Source: Mytilus trossulus
Lineage: Eukaryota
Direction: 5' to 3'
NCBI RefSeq assembly: GCF_036588685.1
Contig: NC_086377.1
Location: 43,586,001 to 43,650,000 of the forward strand
DNA length: 64,000 nt
Positions 14,601 through 25,634 of this stretch are shown piece after piece (position 1 is the stretch's first letter; the number at the start of each line of letters is the position of its first letter). Under the pieces are notes generated by a model. It searched no databases and was not told the origin of the DNA. It saw only the letters and a list, made by a program, of their open reading frames with translations. The position numbers and the translations under genes were made by a program.

Positions 14601-16270
14601 CGATGAAAGATCACAGATCATCACAAATCTTGCCAAAAGATGACTAACAAATATTGTTAATGCTATACAGTGAGTTTTTTACGCGAAATATATCAATAAT
14701 CCCAAATTTTGTAGCCTTTTCACACAAAAATAAGTTAAGTGGCATATGAGAATTTCTAATTTTAGATGAGAACGTGTTTAGTCAACGAAGTTTGCACAAT
14801 TAATATTACAAACACAAATAATCGAATACAAACAGTATACCAGACACAATTCAAGTTATATTCATATATTAAGTAATTTAGATGTCAAAACATTGCTTAA
14901 ATAATTAACATTTGAAATTTGCTTGTAATGCACTAAGTCGGAAAATAAGATCGAATCAAAAACACATAAATTACTACATGAGAAATAAAGAGATCATCAA
15001 ACTACATTTCTATTGATTTGGTACGTCAGATTTGAGTTTAGATTACACAAAAACAATCAGTCTGCTCAAATTAAACAGTGTGGACCCATTATATCAAATA
15101 CGAAATTGAAAGCATTTTTAACCAAGTAGGATGAAAAACAAATGAACCTGTGCATGTTGTATGAATAAGCAAACTGTGTGTAAAAAACTTTGATAATTGA
15201 AAGATATAACAAATTCAAGTTATTTCGTAGTTTTCTTTTAAGACCTGATGATTAATTACAAATGTTACTTTAAGCATGTGTTAAGTCATACTGCTATATT
15301 TCACTGTCATATGCATTTTGGTATTGATTGCATCCTCCGGCAAGTCTGTGCTGTTTTCAACAATGCATTGTGACTGTAAAGTTATGAGACAACTTAGATT
15401 GCAACCACAATACTCCAAATTTACTATAAACGAATCTGGTTCTTCTGATGAATCCTTATTTGGATTAAATGTTCTGTTATTTTTCAATTACAGCAACAAT
15501 ATTTAATTATTAAACATGTTAAATGGACTGGATCTATGAAACATGTATTGTGTAAATGCAAGTGATTTCAACAGTTATATTTTAATTATAAACTACTTAC
15601 AATTGTTCCAGAAAAACGATAATTTAGATCAGCAGATTTACATTTGTTTTCACACCAAATGTTAGTAGCAGCTTTATCCTCAATCAGAATTTCCCAAGAT
15701 GAGTCGAAGTCATAACATTGATAAAGTATTACGCATTCTGAAAAATACAAGTAATACTTTGTACCTTCAAAGTTACTGATGATTTATGTTTTGAAATATT
15801 AGTTCTTTCATTCTGCATTGACTACTATGATTCTCGAATATAAAACAATAGTTTAAATTGGTTGGTCTGTCAGAACAACAAGATAGCATTTATAATCATG
15901 TGATTCATCTAAAGTCATATGTTACGCACTTTATTTATGTCGTGTCTTTTGTTAACCACTCTTCCAGTATTTCTTTGTCCATGATGTCAACGTCACCAGT
16001 TTACCATCAAGACTATATTTGCATGTTGACAATGAACATGTGTATATATTGATAATATATATATACATTGTCGCAGTGTTTGTGTCTTTTCATGTCTAGC
16101 AGATTTGATTTCAGTAAAATGACATTCTTTAATTGTTATCCTCAAATTGTGATGTAGCTGTCTTGTTGCAAGATGGAATTACAACGTTTTATCATTTATA
16201 TAATCTTACCTGCAAATTTGTCGACAAATCCCCAAAAAATAAATATTTTAAAGATGTTTGCATAGCACAT
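5697..16270 (-). CDS. WSC-domain, Thr-rich-stalk, single-pass membrane protein, paralog A (in-frame TGA in cytoplasmic tail)
   Basis: Phase-compatible GT-AG exons. 16210-16270: signal-like MCYANIFKIFIFWGFVDKFA. 15601-15737: CYDF..TNIWCENKC..YRFSGTI. 8924-9074: YCFC..CTEQCPGNHSEMCGG (the last two form the WSC domain). 7339-7566: Thr-rich. Last exon from 6282 down: LCKC..SSQSIG plus TM CIVFLVLPMVFLIGIDIL. TGA at 5952-5954; the same frame stays open to 5697. Confidence 0.85.
9533..9750 (-). repeat. Left subterminal array (~3 degenerate ~70-bp units)
   Basis: CAGGYCTGTATGCTAGCATACGNACCTGGTGTATGC units, the reverse complement of the 14-kb array. Confidence 0.8.
10878..11003. mobile_element. 126-bp palindromic MITE with 9-bp TSD (TAG...CTA ends; AcademH- or MULE-like)
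   Basis: Two perfect 60-bp inverted arms around TTCGAT. TTATTTTTC is duplicated at 10869-10877 and 11004-11012. Confidence 0.9.
12458..12735 (+). mobile_element. 3' fragment of a Penelope-like retroelement / abundant dispersed repeat
   Basis: Starts with a degenerate LVDR..VSQM ORF end followed by GGAGCAG.ATCTGCTTACCCTT..GGAGCA. Related degenerate copies at ~8510-8660 (-), ~16755-16880, ~24120-24330 and ~49480-49840. Confidence 0.55.
13185..13705 (-). mobile_element. 3'-end copy of the Penelope-like family seen at 34703-36332
   Basis: AAAATTGAGAATGGAAATGGGGAATGTGTCAAAGAGACAACAACCCGACC..., collinear with 34703-35215. Confidence 0.8.
13780..14395 (+). repeat. Right subterminal tandem array, ~70-72-bp unit, 5 good copies plus degenerate ones
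   Basis: GTGAG anchors at ~14024, 14096, 14166, 14238 and 14308. Unit core is the palindrome GTATGCTAGCATAC. Confidence 0.9.
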
Positions 16271-16946
16271 GATATAGAACAAGCACATAATTCCTAATAA
16301 ATATCTCGTGGGAACAAGGTTGTGTAGCCTCTGTGTCCTTAAAAAATACGAATATTCCGATGAAATGAGTTTAGGGTGGTAGCATTTCTATAAATTGAAT
16401 GCAGATCCTTATCTCTATCGTCTGAGTAATTGCATCATAGGGTTGGCCTGATTTTTTAGATATTGCAACTACGTAAGAATTTGACACCATTTAGAATCAA
16501 TAGATACTTAATAAGTGTTATAGATGTCCGTTTAATATTATATTGCATATAATAATGCTAGTATAGTAGAGATCCGATAACATGTCAATATATTTCTCTT
16601 CATAATTAATCTCTTTTAAAATTATTAGTTTTGTATTTTTAGAAAAATTTGATCAGCAGTTGTTTAGGGTAATTATAGTTAAACAAAGTTCCTTGGTACA
16701 GAAATTGTAATTTTAGCAAATAAACCTTGTAAACAGTCAAAATCAAGGAATTGTTAATATGTTGTGTCATGTGAACTATTATTTGTCTGTTTGTGTTTTG
16801 CATCTTTAGTCTTGGCGTTGTCAGTTTATTTTCGATCTATTAGTTTGAACATTCCTCTGGTATTTTTTGCCCCTCTTTTTTGATAAGGTGTAAACATGAT
16901 ATGTACAGGCTTTGCAGCAGTAATGTTTATATATCTGGACACTTAA

Positions 16947-19900
16947 GGTGGCACCCTACAGATATAGTATTTTTTTTTCCCCCATTGATTTTTTTTTAAA
17001 ATTTGCATACATATACTATGCAATGGCCTCTATAAAAATTTGAGTTAAAAATAGTATGTCACCAGACTCGTTTCCATGGTAACGGTCGCCAAAGTTGGTA
17101 TATCACGTGTATGCATAAATACATACCTGATGTAGAAACTCTGGATTTTTTTTAAGCCTTTGAAAGTATTGTGAAAGGTTTGTTTTACAATTATTACAAA
17201 ATTATTATTCAAAATTAAAATAAAACACAAAGAATGGCAGTTTTATTAATTTTAATTGATTTCGGCTACAATTTCATCAACACTGCACCACAAAAAAAAA
17301 CACAGATTTTGTTAAAAATTTCTATTTTTCTTAAATTTCCAAAAAAATGGTCCAATGAATATTTTTTTTAATTTGACATAAGATGGTCATTACAATGAGC
17401 TTTGAAAAGAAATTAAAAAAAATATGGGTCACCAGACTATTTTTTGCCCCAAAAACGTTTTTGTGACCCCTAACGAAACAGTGATCAACAGCAGTTTTTT
17501 GTATATCATTCATCATCGGTGACCAAACTTCACCAAAGTGTGACATATGTTGTCATATTCTTTTTTAAACTAACACAGAATAATACAGTTTCACAAGGCA
17601 ATGAAATGAGAACATTTATTTTGTTTCTATGAACAATGGTTACCATGGCAACAGGACACGAAGTTGGAAAATTCAAGTTTTTGCATTGTTCTGATGTGCA
17701 AGAGTTACAACCCAACAGACAATAGAAGATCAAATCCCATGATTTTAGCGCAACAGCACATGGCTGCTATGTAAATGTAAACAAATACTATGATACATTA
17801 TAATGCAGTTTATATTAGCATTACTGTGGTATTAAATTAGCAAAATAAATTAGTCAGAAGTTAGCAAAAATCACCAAATATTTTTTTTTTTTAAATATCG
17901 ATTCATAGATAACAGTCGTGCAAGTAAATGGATAAAAAGACTTTGTCACCTTTACCTCAATAAATGATTTAAGTTGATGAAGCATAATGATAATACATTA
18001 TATATTTCAGTTGTCATAGTAACATAACCAAAAAATTATGAAATTATAACTTTTTCAAAGGTTTTTCAACTTTCTTTATTTTGAATGCCTCAATAATCAA
18101 GCAAACATATAACTGTTATATTTACAAATATGTAAATAGTTTACTCCTCTGATTCAGTCAAGTATTGATTGATAGTCATAGCATTATTAGAGTTCACTTT
18201 GTTCTCAGTCAAAATTGTCAATCCTTCCATATTGAATAGTACATGTTGCTCCCAGTCAGATATATCATATTACTAATAGTGGCAATTCTTTTCTTTTAAA
18301 ATCTTTGTTTTCTGGTTATCTGTTTCCCTCTCTAATTTCTTATTCATACTTTCCCAAACTCTCTGAGTAAACTTTCCTGGGGAATATTCTGATGCTGCAT
18401 TTACCTGAAATATAAATTATTTGTAATGAAAAGGTGTAATATATACAAATAAACTACTAAATCAATATATTATTTCCGTGAGTGCAAAATTAATCCAATC
18501 ATGCATTACAACATCAATTTAAAAAAATTGTATTTTACCTGACTTACAAAGGTACTCCTTAAGCGTTTTATAATATGATATATGGCCAGGTTTTTGAAGT
18601 GATTGCAATAATTAGGTCAGCTGATGGGTATGCATTTTATATTGCTTCTGCATATGATGGACATCCTTTTGAGTGGTTTTTGTTTTGTGTACAATGACAC
18701 TTTGGCATGCAATAATTGACAATATATATGCTATAGGCAGCATTATAGTGTCCAATGCAAATTCAAGGTCTACATGTATATTTAATAGGTGTGACCTTTA
18801 CTGTCTACCTTAAATCAATACAGTTGAACTGTTCTTTTTGGTATAAATTTGCATATATGCAGCATGCGACCAAGTTTGTGATAAACATAAGTTATCTACA
18901 TCACAAAGTTATCTTCATTGTCATAATTGTGGCACATAAGAACCAGTGGCAGTCTTGACTATATACTTTGTATTTAAGATATAAAATACAGTACAAATCA
19001 ATAGTGTAAAATGTGATCACTGTGACCTTCTTTTGTCTGGAAGCTGAGTTACTAACTGAGACTCTGAGAGTATATATAAGTTTGCATGATATGACACCTT
19101 TAAGTTGCTGAGATATACATTTGTTGTATATGAAATTGGATTTTTAATGTTACCAAAGTCAGTGAAGTGGAAAATGTAGGTCAGTGAGATCTGTGTACAA
19201 ATTTACATGATCCTACATTTTATAGTTGAGTGGACTTAATATATTGTCCAAACAAAAAAATGTTGTAAATGCCTGAAAAACACCATTATCAGATTAAAAA
19301 GTCTCAAATGAAACCTAAGTTTTTTCTCAAAGGTAACTACATGTAATTATCCTAAAATGTATGTATTTACCATTGACAGCTATCCTTCATTTTTCTGAAA
19401 AACTGCTGCTAATAACCTGCTGTTAAATGATGACAATGGGACCTACAATTGATAACAAATATAACAAAAATTAAATAAACAAATGTATATATAATATATA
19501 TATAGATGAAAGTGCATGCAGTGTTCAAATACTATAGCTAAAACATATTCATTTAAAATTAACTGGAAAATCAGGCTGTTAACAATGAAATTTGTAATAA
19601 TAGTATGTATAAAGGCTTTCAAAACCAAATAGGTTACCTTAAATTTGTTGAAATTATACATTAATCTGTTAATATAGATTTCATTTAATAAATTTGAATG
19701 TAATAATTCTAGTTCAATATTTTTGTTGAAACAAATTCTGTCATGTTCTATACATGAAAGTCTTCAAGTATATATAACAATGCTTTACCACAAAATTGTT
19801 TTCGAAATATTGACCCTAAACTTGAAATTATTACCAAGATCTGTTAATTCACTTTTATGACTGCTTACATGTAAGTGCAAATATGAATATAATTATGGTC

Positions 19901-21629
19901 CTCATTATACTTTATATCTACTTATCAAAAAAATACTTTGAAATTACACATGTATATATGACTAAAGGTTTTAATTACCTTCCAATTATTCATTAAATTA
20001 ACCATGTTTAAAACTGTTTCTTCTTTTGCTGAGTTTTGAATTTATTTACAGGATTCTTTTGCAACTGCAAATATTTTCTTTCCAGTTTCATTCTCCTTTT
20101 TCTTTAAGTATGTCTGATGAATTCATAAAAAGCACATTCAATCCATTAAGGAAATTGTTGAAATGTGTGGCACAAATTCCTGCATGTATCATTCCTGAAA
20201 AATATGACATGAAATGTCAGTCTGCACCTGTATTGGTTAATTAGACAAACTATAAACTATTCAGACTTGAGTTCATAATTTTATTTGGGATATTCAATTA
20301 TTTTTTCAATTTATATTTATATAATATGATTGTGAATTCATGTTTACTTTTATTCTTATACATATACAATGTAGATCACAGACTCATATTCATTTCTAAT
20401 AATGTGGAATGAGGGTGGGTGCCCCCCTTCTTAATTTTCTTTTTTGGTGTTTTTAAATTACTACATATGTAAGGTATGACTATCAGACCACTTGGTCTCT
20501 GATCACATGCAAAAGATGACTTAATATGAAAATTCTGATTATAAAATAAAGAAAACTAATAATATTTTAAGTTTGTAAAACATTATTTTTGTGAATGAAT
20601 CATTGTGATATTGCATTTGTTTACTTTTTCAATTCTAATTTTATTTATGGTTATATAATTGCTACCAAATAAGTATTTACAAATTAATCCTCCCCTTTTG
20701 AATGCAAAACTAAAAAGCCCCTTATGTATAGATGTCTTTGTGTTCATTGCAAAAATGATAAATAACTTCCAGGGGCAAAATTCCAGAAAAATTACTAAGT
20801 TCAGCTTCATAAAAAATTTGGGCAGCACTTCCCCTCAAAATAAAGCTTTTTACCCTCAAACCACATAAACCCCAGACCATAATAGAGGGGTATTGAAGAA
20901 AGAAAAAGAGAGGTGTGGGGCAGGTTCATTTATTCAAGACATGAAACCATACACCTTCTCCACCCAGTAAAATGTTTAAAGAGAATATATAATAAGAAGA
21001 AAATTGAACTCTTACCATGTACAGCTTTTGAATTGATAATAAAATTCACCAGTCCCATGTTTTCCCTCGTTTCTACACTGTTAAACGTGTATGATATGCA
21101 GGTTACGAGCACTGCAGCTACAACGATATGGTATGGACAAAATGCCTTCCTGGTTCAAGCTTTGAAGCTCGTATTTCCGTTCACAGACAGTATCCGCAGG
21201 GGATTTACTCTTAACGAACATATTCTGTGGTAGGTGATCAGCCAGAGCTAGCCGTCGACCTTCTTTCCAGGTTTCGTCATACGAAAGATCACTGTGATCG
21301 GATGCCGAATTTCTCCAACTTCCAGTTCCGAAAACTTATATCATATGACCTGATAAGTTGAGAATCATTCAATACTGTGTGAACTTTCAGGCTGAAGCTA
21401 TTCATATTCTTTATTTTAAAAGAACGCATGTATTTATCCTTTATGATAAACCTTCCTTTCTTCTGAGCGATGAGCTGTAACTTAGAAGTTGTTTACACAC
21501 GTTGTCAACAGACGACATCGGAACTGTTACCGTGACCTATATATACAGGCGATATATCCTATTTTTTTTAACGGGAACCAGTTTTACATGAGTAAAACGT
21601 TGTTATCTCCCTTAGTGTCGGGAGCTACC
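16947..21629 (-). mobile_element. Kolobok-like DNA transposon (TTAA TSD, GG...CC ends)
   Basis: TTAA at 16943-16946 and 21630-21633. TIR GGTGGCACCCTACA vs GGTAGCTCCCGACA (11/14). Contains decayed transposase exons. Confidence 0.75.
19979..21470 (-). pseudogene. Decayed N-terminal transposase region of the Kolobok-like element
   Basis: Exon ~21470-21016 (KGRFI..TWKEGRRL..C.C..FIINSKAVH) splices in phase 1 to an exon starting at 20194 (GMIHAGICATHFNNFLNGLNV..LKKKENETGKKIFAVAKESC). Stops and frameshifts present. From memory, it resembles invertebrate proteins annotated as Mutator-like transposase. Confidence 0.7.
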
Positions 21630-23514
21630 TTAAATCAATAATAAATAAATAATATAGACTTCAAGAGTATGAATGCCTAGTATTTTTTTTCTATTTTAAT
21701 TGATAAGAAGAGTTTTCTATAGCAAAATATATAAAACTATTGCTAATACATATCTAGGTGTCCTAAACAGGGGGGAAATGTAAACCACTATCAAAAGAGA
21801 TCTAGCGACAATTGCTCAATAAGTGACTAGCTCTGTTCACGTAAGTTTATTGCTAAAGATATTTTAAACAAATGGAGCTCAAAAACTGAAAACTGAACTA
21901 TAATGCTAATGTTAGCAACTCAAACTATGAATATATGAAGAATTGAACATAGTTATTAGGAACGTGTCAAAGTGACAACCCCCTGATTAAGGAATAGAAT
22001 ACAGCCGATATCACCAATGGGTTTTTGAACACAGCAAGCAAAGAAAATAAAAGGCGGGCTTCAGTAAAAGAAAACTGACTAAATTTTGAAAACATATAAA
22101 TGAACCAGAACAAAAAAGAAACTAACAAGACTAACCAAGTTCAGAGGTTCTCAGGCTTGAGACATGTTGTGACATGCAACCGGGTTAAACATGTTTTGGA
22201 TGTTTCAACCCTCTACTAGTGCACCAGGTCAATGTGGAATAACAAAAACACAATAATTAGCACAGTCCATGTCCAATATAAGAATATGAAATAAAAGAAT
22301 CTGAGCAACGTAACAATGATCAACAAAAAACGACACACAACTTCAGCAGTTACGGACATACCAGATCCAGATCTATACTAAACTGAATGAAATAATATAT
22401 GTTAATCATAAAAAAAAATAACACATTCACACCCTGTATTGGTTAAGTATCGTACTATTACAAAATATACAAGCAGAACATACATGTAACCCACATCATG
22501 TCAACAGCCTGATTTTAGAAAAAAATGTGTGTGTTTCCGATACATAGGTCATATAGTGAATCAATCAATGTTGACACATATTTGCAAATGGTGACCTTAA
22601 TACAATGCTCAAAGATGGTAAATGTTTTGACTTTTAGATTATATCGAAAACCCTGACGTTACATATATAATTTTGCGATAATTCAGAGAAGTCTAGCTGA
22701 CGAGAGATCGACGTTATACAGATTTTAACACCTGTGCTAGCTTTACAAATCAAAGATCTAGCACTGAAGGTGTAAAGGGAAAAGTAACTTAACGACTGAA
22801 GGTTTAAACATGATTTTTGGATACATCCTGCAAAATTTGTTACAGAGTTGTTGAATATTAATATCCGGCGCGGATGTTTTAATGATAAGTTCAACACTGT
22901 AGAATAGAATTGTAGCGCGGAAGACATTAAGTCACTGTTGAAGTTTATTTTATTTCTTTACAATATTTAGTGTTAAGACATCACTGCAGGTCTCAAACAG
23001 ATTAAACGTTACATATTAGAACTTTGAGCAGGAGATGGAGAATCAAGGACTCAAGATATTGTATAAATTATTGTTAAAATAAGAGCGCTGCAGATGTAAA
23101 TATAATAAAGTCAAACACTAAATATTGATAAAACTAGCGCTGAATGTAAAATAAATTATTAATGAGTTATATCAGAATTAATAGCAAAAGATATACTGTC
23201 AAGCGCTGTGATGATACAATCTTTTTCTGAAGGAATAAAGTTCAACGCTTTGGAAGTTAAGTCAATCGCTGCAGTTTTGAAGTGCAGTGCTGACAATTCG
23301 AACCTAAGCGTAAATGTTTAAGGCAAATTAACATTAACTCCGGTGATAAAGATCTTGTTTTGCGATTGTGTTACAAAAAGCTCTTATTTTAAAGGTTTTG
23401 TGCATCATACATTTGTCATATGAATAGTAAAATAGTAAAATTCGACAAAAGACATGTAAATCTTGAGCTAGATTATAGATGTCGACGTCATTTTAAGCGA
23501 TGATTAATTATATA

Positions 23515-23757
23515 TTCGAGCAGGCCTTTATTGGTCTTGTATGATTTTTTATTTTAGTTTCTTGTGTATAATTTTGAGTTTAGTATGACGTCCATTATCA
23601 CTGAACTAGTATATATAGTTGTTTATGGGCCATCTGAAGGACGCCTATGGGTGTGGGAGTTTTTCTGCATTGAAGACCTATTGGTGACCTTCTGCCGTTG
23701 TCTGTTCTATGGTCGGGTTGTTGTCGCTTTGACACATTCCCCTTTCCAATTTTCAAA
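23515..23757 (+). mobile_element. Dispersed 3'-end copy of the Penelope-like family
   Basis: Reverse complement of 13185-13410 (…GGTCGGGTTGTTGTCGCTTTGACACATTCCCC…). Confidence 0.75.
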
Positions 23758-25634
23758 TTTATACGATTTAATGTTTAACGCTGCAGATTTGTATGACAAA
23801 ATACCAGTAAAGAAGACCTAAATCAAATGCTAAAGTTTTTATGTTTGGTACAGATTTGAAGATGATTTTACAGAATAACCATAACATGTATAAATACAGT
23901 TAACGCATGATTGGATACCTCATTTAGATGGGAAATATTGATTATACACTGTAAAGCTACAACATAGCTCCGAAGATGCAAAAGTGTTTGTAGCTTAGTA
24001 AAGACTTATGATTGTGTCTATGCAATTGTTCATTAAAAAAATAACGACGTTTATGATCCAACTGGCGCAACTACAAAACGATTTCTTTTACCTTAATGTA
24101 ATATGTAGAATTTGACTAATCACCGCATGTATACTTATATGAGCAACAACACAGGTGCAACATCTGGGGAATGCTTTGCTTTCCATTCCGGAGCACCTGA
24201 GATCAACCGCTGTTTTGATGGGTATGTGTTGTTCAGTCTTCAGTTTTGTATAAATTTTGTATGTATACAATACTGTTGTTTGTCTGTTGGTGTTCTGACA
24301 TATGAATTTAAAAGTCCCTTCGGTAACTTACAACTTCCTATGACTACTCTTCTATATTTAGACTCCAACCAAAAAAAGACATCATGATGTCTACTCATTA
24401 GGTGATGAATCATGATTTAAATTTCCAGTCGTTTCCCTTAATAATCAAGTGAACTCTTAAACGACCATTTTGATCTAAACATCAACTAAAAAGTGTGAAT
24501 AATAAATCGGTTCATAAGTCTCTGTAAACGGTTCTTGTACAAAAACTTCGGCCGGAAAAGGTGACACATCTGCTTATTGACTGTTACCTCGTGAAGTAGC
24601 ATGGTCAGCGTGTATCTTAAGTACAAAACAGGGTTCATATTTCTATAACATTTGCACTATTTGCTTTTGACTCTTGACTGTAATTGAAACGTATTACAAA
24701 TGAATATGTCATTGTTTTCTTTTGATATTGTTATTGCGATCTCATTCCTGTATAAAAACACTAATCTTTAATTTCCTGTTTACTACATCTGACCAGATAT
24801 ATTTTAGAGATATCGACAAATCTTTCTAACACATCTGTAGTTGCTTGACATTTTTTTAGGCGTTGTGATAGCTTTAAACTGACAACAGTTCAATTAACGA
24901 AATACAATATGACACATACACCAACAACTGAATTTCAGGCTCTTGACTAAAAAGTTTGACATGACGACATTGGCTAGCCTAAGCATGGCTTGGCGCTTAA
25001 TCCTCAAATAGCCTTAGACGGATATAACAGCACAACATAAAAAAAAACAGTAGCAATTAGTTGCCATTGTCTTAACTATTGAAAGCAGTAGGGATCACAC
25101 AACTATTAATCATAAATATAATATACACCGGACCAATACACATGTACTCGAAGTGAATTGAAGCCAGTACAAAATCAATTACAACTAGGTAATGATCCAA
25201 ATGAGAAAGTGTAAATGCGTCATAATCAATCTTAAAACCGCATTACCTTATGCATTGACGTATCTATCTAGGGTGTAGCCTGGTGAATATGCTCTCCTGT
25301 CCATGTATATTCATATATGATTTTAATTTTGAAAAACAAAATAGAGTTAATTCCTTTAGACTTTAGATGTAAATGCAACACAAATCAACAAATAGATAAC
25401 ATATATAAACTTGAAATACAGAAAGCAGACTTCAAATAAAGGAAACACAGTAAAAATAATCAGGCATGTCTTATTTTAAATGCAAATATTCAATAAAACG
25501 ACAAAACGGTCAGCAAACACAAATATTATATAAAAAAGAATGGTTAAGTACATGTACCTATTAAGTCCAGAATTTTAAAATTCACATTATATTATAAAGT
25601 TGCAAACATCTTGTCTAGACTTGGTTACAACACA

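Larger units (their letters stand above)
9370..14778. mobile_element. 5.4-kb unclassified TIR DNA transposon in intron 2 of WSC gene A
   Basis: Perfect 33-bp TIR AACACGTTCTCATCTAAAATTAGAAATTCTCAT (9370-9402; reverse complement 14746-14778). 4-bp direct repeat TAGT at 9366-9369 and 14779-14782. Mirror-image subterminal repeat arrays. Confidence 0.9.

Noticed and set aside
15441-15470. Hammerhead-like CTGATGA-ATCC-loop-GGAT-TAAA (also CTGATGA at ~31224 and 47481)
   Set aside because: The GAAA core is mutated or stems I-III cannot be formed. An Infernal search would be needed.
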